Source: Tubiluchus corallicola (Eukaryota; Animalia; Priapulida). Taken from it: a stretch of DNA of 46,832 nucleotides. The stretch is taken from the NCBI GenBank assembly GCA_030141605.1, contig JAQGDQ010001333.1:1-46832 (forward strand), written 5' to 3'. The notes below the pieces were generated by a model, which was given only the letters and a program-made list of their open reading frames with translations, did no database searches and was not told the DNA's origin. Positions 36,891 through 46,832 of this stretch are shown one piece after another (the first letter of the stretch is position 1; each line of letters opens with the position of its first letter). A program made the translations under genes and the position numbers.

Positions 36891-36926
36891 CTGTTATGCT
36901 GCCAATATACACCTGCTATATGGCAG
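36891..36926 (+). CDS. Candidate 36-nt USP1 microexon (phase 1-1)
   Basis: tatttttcag|CT GTT ATG CTG CCA ATA TAC ACC TGC TAT ATG GCA G|gtaagt; frame-preserving, no stop. Confidence 0.5.
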
Positions 36927-37718
36927 GTAAGTAATTATATCTGGTGTCGAAAAAATTGAATTTGATGCCAAATAGCCTTAAAGAGAGGGAGAGTCTGTCC
37001 TGATGGTGCACTGTTAACACTAATTTATGCCTAATTTATTTTAGTCAGAAAGGTTGCATACGCTTAAACCTTAGTGGGTATTGATTGACTTGCTCTTACC
37101 TGTGATTTTGCATTAATTGTGCTGTGAAAATAATCCAGTCAAAAATAGTCATTAGAGAAACATAACGATTTGTATAAATTGTGGTCACACTAATAATACA
37201 CTTTATTAACAAAATTCAAATTTAACTGTTGCACTTTACGTTTCAAATTAAGTTAGAAATCATAACAAAAATAATCACATAATTCACAGCACTTTAAATG
37301 AGTAATCTCACATACAGGCCTATATAAAAAACAAGAAAAAGGGGAAGACCCTTTTGTGGCACCTGCTGATAGGTGGTCACTGATCAGCGGTGACACTTCC
37401 TCTTTATAGGCAAGGTTAACTAAACGCATGGTTACACATGCATGAACGAAGCATACGATCTAAATAATATTGTAAGGCCACCAAAGAAGCCAGGCTTGGT
37501 TTAAAGTGGATTTTCCGACATCTGGCTGCATCGTGAGAAGTTAATGTAACAGAGTATCAACAAGCAAAAATCTCCTTGTGGAATTTTGTTGGTGTTAAAA
37601 TGAAATTATTTTTCGTACTTCAAAATAGGGTAGGATATGAAAAGTCGTCCCATTTTCCTTAGAACATAACGTTAGTTCACGTTTAATTTTGCTTAATATT
37701 GCTTAATAATGCTTTCAG

Positions 37719-38438
37719 GTAATTTTTCATTCAGTGAAGACGAACTGAATTGTAGTGACTGCAGTGAAACGGATCATTTGTCTTGTAATGCAGCAATGTC
37801 TATAACACCTGTGTACCAAAAAGACAGCAAGAGTGTTATGAAAAACTGTTCACCAAAGAATAAGAGTGATCATAACAACAAATTACCTGAGTCTGTTCCA
37901 TCACTTCAGTCAAATCATAAATGTGATATATCACTCCACTGCGCTCATCCTAATCAGTCGAGAGAACCCTGTACTTCAGTTGCCGCAAAAAGTGGAGGTT
38001 CTACTAGGAAATGCACCGTTATGCTAGAAAAGCTGTCTTCGGAAAACGCCTCTCCCGGATGTTCTTCCGATAAATCTCCGGAAGATTTGGAGGCGTGTGC
38101 TAAAGACAGTGCAACTAGGACTTCATACAACCGTAAACGTACAAAACCTCTGCTTACCTGCTCTACGCAACCTAAAAGTAAGTCATCGCGATTGTTGACG
38201 AATTCATCGTCTTGCGGCGACATTGTTAACAGTATTGATCAGTGGAACCTCGTGGAGACTGCCGTCAGTTCCGTGAAATTTGCTAGTGGCAATTTCATAC
38301 AGGATCTGTTTCACGGACAGATGCTGTTCCGCACTCGATGTGCGGAATGTGAGAGTTATTCGGAACGACGTGAAGCTTTTCAGGAGATTGGTGTTCCCGT
38401 GCAGCCGGGTCCGGAAAAGTGCGATCCAGACAATGATG
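37719..38438 (+). CDS. USP1: USP1-like exon 5 (long insert plus start of fingers; phase 1-1)
   Basis: Ser-rich insert, then FIQDLFHGQMLFRTRCAECESYSERREAFQEIGVPV; ends GAT G|gtgggt. Confidence 0.92.
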
Positions 38439-38559
38439 GTGGGTTTCTGTTTTTATCTGAGTAATATCTTGATTTGAATTGTATCTACTCCCTACACTTG
38501 CTGCTCCACGTTTCTGCACAAATTTTAAATATTATCACCTCGTGTTGCTTTACGTACAT

Positions 38560-39030
38560 CAGGGGTGTGCAAATTATCTGACTAGCCGGGCCACATTAAA
38601 CTTTCCCGCAATTCCTGCGGGCCACAGGCAGTTTGATCAAGGAGCCAAGTACAGAAAGGCCTAATAACAATTTTTTTGCATCCGACCTGCGTACTACACT
38701 CAAGAAACTATTTTAGAAGTTTTTAAAATTTATATTACAAACCATATATTTCTACTTTCAGGACAGATAGTGGTAATTTCATTACAATGCATATTAGTAA
38801 CGTGTATCACACAGTCTGTATAGTACAGTGTTGTTAAGCTACAACCATCTTGTAACGGTTAATGGCATCCGATCTAGTAGAAAAAACTACCCGCACTATC
38901 TTTGGGATCGTGGCACGGACTTCAGCTGGATACACTCAATTAATCGCCCAGGCCGCACTTTCATTAGGTTGACAAATCTCTTTGCGGGTCGCACAATTTC
39001 TCTCGGCAGGCCGCAATTTGCACACCCCTG
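38560..39030. mobile_element. hAT (Charlie-like) MITE, 471 bp
   Basis: 15-bp TIR caggggtgtgcaaat / atttgcacacccctg; degenerate 8-bp TSD acgtacat / atatacat. Confidence 0.85.
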
Positions 39031-39408
39031 ATATACATCATATTGTTCACCGTACTTTTGCATATAAATTTTAGACCTGTTGAACTAAATTTTCTAAAAT
39101 CTCCTGTATTATTCAATTCAATAGATTTATTTCGCAATAAACATATACATATGCATTACATGTGCATCGATAATCAGTTTTTGTTGATACTAAATTATGA
39201 TACAATTCATGAATTCTGCGCTAGAGACCTAAGGAGCTAGCTTATGCTAGGCCACTAGAATTAGTTACGAGAAAAATTACAATATATTGCTAATGGTTAG
39301 TGTGAGTTACAGTGGGCGTTAGTAGTATTAATTTTCATAATTACGATGTAAACTGACGGTCGGTACAGAGAAATGATAAATGCTTTAACACATTCGTTAA
39401 GCATTTGT

Positions 39409-39500
39409 GGAGGAGGCAACACTTGTTTAGACTATATAGAGGAGGCAACACTTGTTTAGACTATATGGAGGAGGCAACACTTGTTTAGACTATATGGAGG
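39409..39500. repeat. 29-bp tandem repeat, 3 copies
   Basis: ggaggaggcaacacttgtttagactatat. Confidence 0.9.
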
Positions 39501-40057
39501 TGCACATTGCAGATATATATACGGGTGGGAAGTAATAATAATATTATTATGCTAAAGACCCAACTCGCGATTTTTTCGAAATTTTTGTCAAACAGCCTGC
39601 AGAAACAACGTTCTAGCGGCGCCTGGTGGGACTCTCAAAAGGAGATATACGGCTCTTTAGAAGGAGGAAGAACGGGGCTACACGATGATGTAAGCTATAT
39701 GTTAGGACAGGTCCACCAAGAGGAGTGACGACGAGTTAATTAGATGTTCTATTTTTGGCAATTTTCGCTTGGAAAACTGCTGACGCAAAGCCATTGTTGT
39801 GACGTCATCCATTATACTCTGCCTGTAACTTTAATTCAGTAAAACCTGCTGCTGCGGCTTTGCATTAGGAAATAAACGAACACTGGGTAGAATGTTCGCG
39901 CACTGTTTATTATAAGTGTATTTATACGCAAAATTTTTTGCGGGGCCTTTGCTAGTAAAAATGTTATTATACTAGAGGGGAAGTTCTTGAAAATGAAAAG
40001 CAACAAATATTGTGCAAATTTAATATTAAATTTTGTGGTATAACATTCACTTTATAG

Positions 40058-40247
40058 AAGACAACATAATGCCAGAGCAACCAGAATGGATAACGTCGGC
40101 GGTGCATCAAGTAGAAACGCTTCGCGAGGATTGCAAATACTACTGCAACACGTGTCTACGTTACTGTGAAGCACAACGATTTGTTCATTATGAGAAAGTT
40201 CCGCACATTCTTACTTTACAGCTGAAAAGATTCTCTTCCTCTGGCGG
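40058..40247 (+). CDS. USP1: USP1-like exon 6 (phase 1 to 2; NAGNAG acceptor)
   Basis: ETLREDCKYYCNTCLRYCEAQR...PHILTLQLKRFS; ends GGC GG|gtgagt. Confidence 0.92.
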
Positions 40248-40715
40248 GTGAGTAGTAAGATTTCTGGCTTCAGTGGTTGTCTTCTACGAATACGAATTTA
40301 TTTCCACTAATGAACAATTACATCACAAGTAATGCAAAATGTAAAGTTCTTCAGTTTTGCCATGTGGCTGTATTTCACTCCAATCATTGAAAAGCATGGC
40401 TAAAAAACACTAAAAATCGCCCCAAAAGATTAATCGTGACATCGAATTACATGAACAAGATCATAATCGAATTGCAAAATTTTAAAATCGTCCGTCTCTA
40501 CACCTTGCTATAACGCCAAGTCTTTTGCAGCCCCAAAACAGTTTGAAGTAGGTAGTATCAAGAACTTTGTCTGTACATGTAATATTAATATGTAATTTTT
40601 GTTTTACCTAGAAACATAATTCATGAATTTAATTTTGTTAAAATGCTGTTATAGTTTTATTAGCTATGTGTAATGGTGTCTTTTTCAGACTAAAATTAGT
40701 AATTTTCTTATTCAG

Positions 40716-41331
40716 GTTGTTCGGCGGAGTGTCAAAACTAAATAACTTTGTTGCTACGCCACTCTTGCTCCCGTGTTTGCAGTATTCGTGTACAACAGCT
40801 GGCAACTATATACACACAAACTGTCAACATCAATTTGAACTCTATGCTGTAATCATGCACCAGGGCTGTTCACTATCCGCCGGACATTACATTGTGTACA
40901 TTAGGGCACCTGCAGACGGTTCGAAACCGACGCTTAACGAACGCAAATCTGAGCGATCCGCCGGACCGCGCTCGCCGATGATCGCCGACGTTCCGGTTTC
41001 CGATCAACTCGTTCCCAGTTCTGTTTACTCGAAAACTTCGGAAAAGTCTCATTCCGAGACAAATGGTGGTGCAGCCTGTGCAGAAGTCAACCTTACAAAT
41101 GGCCGAATTGACTGCGGAACAGGTGCTGCAGTGACAAGTTTTGACGATCTCAGTAGAAACGGCAGCGAAAGTCCCGCTTGCGACGGCGTTCGTGAAACGC
41201 TGTGGTACGAGTGCGACGACGATCACGTTAGTGAAGTGACACTGAAAGAGTTGAATCGGATCTTGTCCCGCGAAGGTGCCGGATCCATGACCCCATATTT
41301 ATTATTCTACGTAAAAACAGGAAGAACATGA
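40716..41331 (+). CDS. USP1: USP1-like exon 7 (His and Asp boxes, stop codon)
   Basis: GGVSKLN...YAVIMHQGCSLSAGHYIVY...WYECDDDHV...TPYLLFY; the insert between His and Asp boxes is typical of USP1. Confidence 0.93.
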
Positions 41332-41442
41332 GAAAAGCGTTGATTTAGTTAATGTACAAGTTTCATGATTCGCCAAAAAATGTAGTGAAATGATAAACCT
41401 TCAACCAGTTTAGATGAATCAAGGTTCCTTTTCAGTTTCCTT

Positions 41443-41882
41443 CAAGGATGTGGAGTCGGTACATTAAATTCCTGACTCTGGTTCCGACTCCGACTCCTAG
41501 AATTTTAGAAGATCCAAGTCCGATTCTGAAGCCGGCTCCTAAAATTTTACATTCAGCTCCGACTCTTAAAATTTTAAGACTCCCAATTCCAGCTCCGACT
41601 CCTGCCTTTCAGTAATACTTTTAGTACTCTTAATGTTTAGCTACTTCTTATACTTGAACAATAATCTAGCTGCATAGATGCCAATACGAAAGTTTCCCAA
41701 ACTGGGACGTTATGCATAAATGCGTCAAAAGTTAAAAATAACTGGAGTTTGAGTTTGTCTATTTTTTGCCGACTCCTCTAACAATAAGGGTACTTCCAAG
41801 TCACAATCCGACTCCAAAACCCTAAGTTTTAACAACTCTGACTCCTTTAGCAGTAAATTTACTGCCGACTCCAACGTCACTG
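41443..41882. mobile_element. Decayed non-autonomous element rich in CCGACTCC motifs
   Basis: Imperfect inverted termini caaggatgtggagtcgg / ccgactccaacgtcactg and many internal ccgactcc copies. Confidence 0.5.
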
Positions 41883-43542
41883 CCCAAGGTTTCCATGCAT
41901 TGTAAGTAAGAACGATTGTAAGTGGAACTTCATTTCAAACTCCTGGTAATCCTTCCCCGTGACCCTCCAAAACTTCGCTGCCCACATGTAACTGATTCTA
42001 AAATTCCGCGATGTTTTATGTTTTCGTTTAGCAAAAAATGCAGTTTAAAAACTTTGATGAATGAATGCATAAAAAACTGGGAACATTGCTTCCATTTTGT
42101 GCTTGTACTTAATTCAGACATTTCTAATTGTAAGTTTCCATTTACTATTAACTGATTATTATCTTCCTTACGACAATTTGACGCACGCTAAAGGGTAGTG
42201 CGGGGTTTGAGTTATTTTTTCAGGTAAATGAATTTTTTGACATTAATCCTTTTATTATTTGATTTTATTTCCTCCTGAGTTGAGAAATTGTAAATAAGTA
42301 TGTAATGAAATCGTAAAAATACGAACTATATATTATGATTGAAGATATTGCTTTGTGGAAATTTACCAAGTACTGTAACGTTGTCTATTTTCTTGCTCAT
42401 GACAAATTTTTCTAGCTGGTTTCTTACAGCCTGGGTTACCAACAGCTATTTGTGGTTTGTGATTCCATTTGCGAACAACAATCTGTTTGTGTTGCCCATG
42501 AAATAAATTAAGAACAACAGTGTATTTATTAATTAGCAATTGGAATCACAAACAACAGTCTGTCGCTTAGGTTGCGTGCAAATGTGAAACTACAAGTAGC
42601 GTTAATTTAGTAAATAAATGTGCACTCATATCTCGGTTGGCTGGACAAAAGCGGGGAGATGTCGGTTTGAATTTGCCGATTGTTCGTATTAACCGATACT
42701 AAGCTAATACAGTAGGCACCATTACACTCACGGTAATGTAGAATCAATCACCTAATTCAAAAACGTCTAGTACGGGACACTCCTGTGCAAATGTGTATAA
42801 AACCTGTCAGCAATGTACTCGAATAACTGCATCATTTTCTCTTATGTTTTTATAGAGATATACATGTGGTTACACTGATGTAATGATGCAAACAATGTGA
42901 CAGCCTGCCAACTAGCGGTCTGGTCGTGAAACAACAGACTGTGTCCGTTGTGCGCGGCACTTTATAACGGTCCTGATTTTGTCCGATTCTTCCGATATCC
43001 ATGAAAGCGAGTTCCGAGATACGAGTGTAATTTTTGTTTCTTTCCATACATGCAAAGGTGAATGGCTCAATAACGTTCATTATTTGCAATATAAATGATT
43101 GGTCACCAAATAAAAAGTGGAAATTTTAAAATCGAAAAAATATAATTAAAAAAATTAGAATTTTGTTTATTTTTCTGAATCACGAGCAACAAATAACAAC
43201 CTCTTGCTACATTTTTCCTAACTTTTGAATTGTAATGCTGTAGGAACAGTTTAACCTGTAAACATAGTCAAACAACAACTGTACAGTTTTTAATGTAGAA
43301 TTTCTGTGACTGTTTTTCTTTTCAGACGATTCTTGAAACCTCTTTATCAGCATTTACGTTAGAATGCACAAGCATTACTGTTGCCAACTACATGTGTTAT
43401 TTCAAATGAAATGGATTCATGTGTTTCTTTGCGTACATGTGTGTATACATGATCATCTTTTTCAAATGTATTGTATTTAATTTACATTACACATAGTTAA
43501 TATGTAATAAATTTTTGTCCTATACTGGCAAGATTTGCTTAA

Positions 43543-44200
43543 AGGAAAAAACAAGTCACTCAGCGTTTTGAGTTTATTTTACTGTTATCACTTAAACTTG
43601 GAAAAATATAAGAAAGAAATCTGCAAAGAATTGTCTGTAAAGCATAAGAATATACTACATGTACCTCAGAATAGAAATTTTTAGGCATGGTGGTTGCAGC
43701 CATTCATTTGAAAATCATGACGTAACTCAGAGACTTCGTGGTTTTTCGCAAGCGCGTTCTGGCTTTCCGCAAGCGCGTTCTGGCTTTCCGCAGCAAGCGC
43801 GTTCTGGCTTTCCGCAAGCGCGTTCTGGCTTTCCGCAAGCGCGTTCTGGCTTTCCGCAAGCGCGTTCTGGCTTTCCGCAGCAAGCGCATTCTGGGTTTCC
43901 GCAAGCACGCACCGCTTTAACTTCTGCCGCATGTGTTGATGCAAAAATACTACAAAATTAGCTAACTATTTTTTTCGTAAAAACTTGTACTTTTCACGGA
44001 AATTGACAGTGCGCTACTTTTCTTCAAAACGAATAACGTCATTGGAAAAACTGCCGTTGAAAATTGGAGTGCTCAAGCACGAAGTGATCATGACTTTATT
44101 TAATACATAAGGCGCTTATTGCCATTTTATTACTAAATCCTTCTAGCATTTTTCACAAACACCGATATAAGCCTAACCTCCTAGAAGCCTTGGCCTTTCA
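43543..44200. mobile_element. Kolobok-like MITE with an internal 21/24-bp tandem expansion (43736-43910)
   Basis: ttaa|aggaaaaaacaagtcactcag; homologous to 14622-15160; unit gcaagcgcgttctggctttcc. Confidence 0.7.
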
Positions 44201-44461
44201 ATTGACTGTTGCATGCTACCTGAAGTACGCGCGGTATAATTATTACGAAAACATGCATGAATTTTGCACTATAGCACAATTATTAGGTGTCATAATTAAT
44301 TATTCGTGTAATTTTTTTGCAAACAGAGGGCATAGTTTTGCTTTTCATAAGCAGAAATCACCAAATTAAATGTTTGCACAGAACTGTATTACTAAATCTA
44401 TATTGTTCTGTTATTAGAGCAGCCCTGTATCGTCTCTCTTCAGTAAGTATTGTCATCTTTA

Positions 44462-45030
44462 AAGGAAGACATGATGATTTTTCATATATGCTAACCCATT
44501 TTCCAGAAAGGTAAAAAGTATACATTTTAACACCAATGATACAAAAGTGTTTCTGATAATTAAATAATAGATTAGAAACTTAATTAACGTCAGGTGATCA
44601 CAACTAGTGATGAGATCACAAACCAACATAATTTTTAACATCAAAAATATTCTACGAGTGTGTTGCGAAAGTGAAAATTGAAGTACAGTGCTACTGTAAG
44701 ATGTTCAAATTTACGGCTGTGCTCACTCATGAGCTGTCAAATGTGTGTAATTTGTCACAAACTAATACACCTGAACTAAGAGGTACAGCACCTGTTTTAT
44801 GTGCAACGCATTTTCGAAATGAGGCGCTAGTGCCCGTCTAACTAGTGACTGGTGAAATGCATATAACAGCAAAGAACTAGCGACTCTAACGCGAAATAGC
44901 GTTTGCATGGTAATGATTCTGTTACGTAAGTCGTGTTTGAAAAAAATAGTATGTTTCCTTTCAATGTCTTTAAGAATAGGTTGTTTTGACCTGCAGTTTA
45001 ACACTGGGTCCGATTTTGCTTTAATCATGT
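44462..45030. mobile_element. Kolobok-like MITE, partial copy of 2662-3571
   Basis: ttaa|aggaagacatgatgatttttca; collinear with ~2662-3260. Confidence 0.65.
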
Positions 45031-45205
45031 ACAAGTTACATTAGACAGCCGATTTACATCAGCCATAATAGATAATTATTGCACTGTTTGTACACAACAA
45101 TGAAATTGGAGAAAACTTGATACAGACAACAAATTCAAGAACGTCTGTCCCAACTGTCGCTTTCGTACAAAACATTCATTTAAAATTCATACGTCAGTGC
45201 TAAGG

Positions 45206-46375
45206 TTACAGATTATGAAACACAGCAGTAACTCTGTCTTCATGTTGACACGTTAGTAAAACACCACGAAATTTATCTATAAGGGTAATGAGTTGGGAAC
45301 GGCGCAAGTTCTCGCGATACATAATCTCTTCTAGGTGATGTCTACCTCGGAAGTACAAGCAAAGTCTAGCAAATAGACACAAATCTTCTGGGTTGCTCGC
45401 AGCTGGCACTGATAAAATGGCCCTTTTTTCTTCCGCTGTTAACTGCTTAGGCAAGATGTCCCTCAGGTGACGCTGTACGTCTGAATCGTTGTTAACGGGG
45501 AACAACTCGTTAGCCTGGAACAAATTCATATCATTGTCAGATACGACGAACGAGCCAAGCGGACTTCCCGCGTCACTCACTACCGAATCGGAATCAGACA
45601 AACGCGACACGGTTGATATACGCCTGTCATCGGATACAGGGGATGCGGTTGAAATTGAGGTGCTATAGTCGGTTAATAAAGTAGGCGTATCTGAGGTTGG
45701 CACTAGAAAAACGTAAGTGTGCAGCTGTACCAACAGCCGACGTTGCAACATCCAAATCACCATTTGAACTTTCTGTGCCTGCTGGTGTGGCAAACCCAAA
45801 GGACTTTCGTGTTCACGAAGTTGGCTCGGTAGGGAAAACTCTTCCATTACGGCGTGCAGCGACATCCCGGAAAACTGTTCTACAAACTTTTCGGCAAGTA
45901 AAGAATTCACTGTCACATTAGCATTTGGAGACAATACATACACGTTCGTTTCACACAGTGGGTAGATAATTGTGGCTTTTGCCCAGTAAACCAAATGACC
46001 TACTAGGCAGAAAACTTGTCTAAGAGTAATGTCTGCATCCGCCGCAATTTGACTGAGACTTTTTAAAGGCGTCGCCACTCGTATAACTCTAAACAAAGCT
46101 GGTGAAGCATCCGGCGAAAAGGAGTGTACCAACTCATTTTCATCGCCAAGTAATAAGAAAGTGTGATATGGTCGTAACGCTAACAAACATTTGTCTACTT
46201 CTTCCGGTTGAATGTTAACGTGATGATTTAACATGCTGTGAACTTTATGAGGGAGACAAAAACTAACTTCCACCCACTGATTAATATGCACTTTCGCTTC
46301 CCCACGAAACGATAACTCGCGAAATATTTTCGTAAGATCGCGCGTGACTTCACTCCTGTTGAGTAGAAGCGCAAA
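45206..46375 (-). CDS. NPRL3: NPRL3 (GATOR1 subunit), intronless, 5'-truncated at the fold-back junction
   Basis: HINQWVEVSFCLPHK, RPYHTFLLL, HLVYWAKATIIYPLCETNVY, YFRGRHHLEEIMYRENLRRSQL; the frame stays open and NPRL3-like through 46291-46375 (FALLLNRSEVTRDLTKIFRELSFRGEAKV). Confidence 0.92.
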   Translation of the reverse strand, partial: FALLLNRSEVTRDLTKIFRELSFRGEAKVHINQWVEVSFCLPHKVHSMLNHHVNIQPEEVDKCLLALRPYHTFLLLGDENELVHSFSPDASPALFRVIRVATPLKSLSQIAADADITLRQVFCLVGHLVYWAKATIIYPLCETNVYVLSPNANVTVNSLLAEKFVEQFSGMSLHAVMEEFSLPSQLREHESPLGLPHQQAQKVQMVIWMLQRRLLVQLHTYVFLVPTSDTPTLLTDYSTSISTASPVSDDRRISTVSRLSDSDSVVSDAGSPLGSFVVSDNDMNLFQANELFPVNNDSDVQRHLRDILPKQLTAEEKRAILSVPAASNPEDLCLFARLCLYFRGRHHLEEIMYRENLRRSQLITLIDKFRGVLLTCQHEDRVTAVFHNL

Positions 46376-46832
46376 TGCATATTAATCAGTGGGTGGAAGT
46401 TAGTTTTTGTCTCCCTCATAAAGTTCACAGCATGTTAAATCATCACGTTAACATTCAACCGGAAGAAATAGACAAATGTTTGTTAGCGTTACGACCATAT
46501 CACACTTTCTTATTACTTGGCGATGAAAATGAGTTGGTACACTCCTTTTCGCCGGATGCTTCACCAGCTTTGTTTAGAGTTATACGAGTGGCGACGCCTT
46601 TAAAAAGTCTCAGTCAAATTGCGGCGGATGCAGACATTACTCTTAGACAAGTTTTCTGCCTAGTAGGTCATTTGGTTTACTGGGCAAAAGCCACAATTAT
46701 CTACCCACTGTGTGAAACGAACGTGTATGTATTGTCTCCAAATGCTAATGTGACAGTGAATTCTTTACTTGCCGAAAAGTTTGTAGAACAGTTTTCCGGG
46801 ATGTCGCTGCACGCCGTAATGGAAGAGTTTTC
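46375..46832 (+). pseudogene. NPRL3: Inverted duplicate of NPRL3 segment 45834-46290 (runs off the window)
   Basis: 457-bp reverse complement; one mismatch seen (46468 vs 46198, V to I); in-frame ATG at 46375. Confidence 0.9.

Noticed and set aside
43659-43961. QARSGFP-repeat (neuropeptide-like) protein
   Set aside because: Internal tandem expansion of a MITE; no signal peptide, dibasic cleavage sites or splice support

Overview
AT-rich, repeat-dense genomic DNA from an invertebrate animal; the taxon cannot be determined from the sequence. All splice models and repeat calls were made by eye. Three host genes can be reconstructed. (1) A minus-strand immunoglobulin-superfamily (IgSF) receptor has 7 phase-consistent exons (22545 down to 8064) encoding a signal peptide, three Cys-containing Ig domains and one Cys-less domain. 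(2) A plus-strand USP1-like deubiquitinase has 7 coding exons (28127-41331, ~731 aa) plus a candidate 36-nt microexon. (3) An intronless minus-strand NPRL3 reading frame is 5'-truncated at a fold-back inversion (45206-46375, mirrored at 46376-46832). The most unusual structure is at 1-6808. Two ~2.4-kb diverged inverted arms flank a ~1.95-kb spacer. The only transmembrane exon that fits the receptor's splice phase lies in that spacer on the opposite strand (+, 2471-2616), while a different exon sits at the mirror position on the sense strand (4251-4344). Flipping the spacer would swap a TM-less ending for a membrane-anchored one. This is a hypothesis; convergent paralogues or misassembly are the alternatives. 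The rest is mobile DNA and tandem arrays: a non-autonomous hAT with TIRs and an 8-bp TSD, TTAA-flanked Kolobok-like MITEs, pogo/Tigger MITEs, Penelope GIY-YIG fragments with hammerhead cores, two 5S-derived SINEs, a tRNA SINE, a LINE tail, and arrays of 5, 15, 21/24, 23/69, 29, 38, 68 and 163 bp period.
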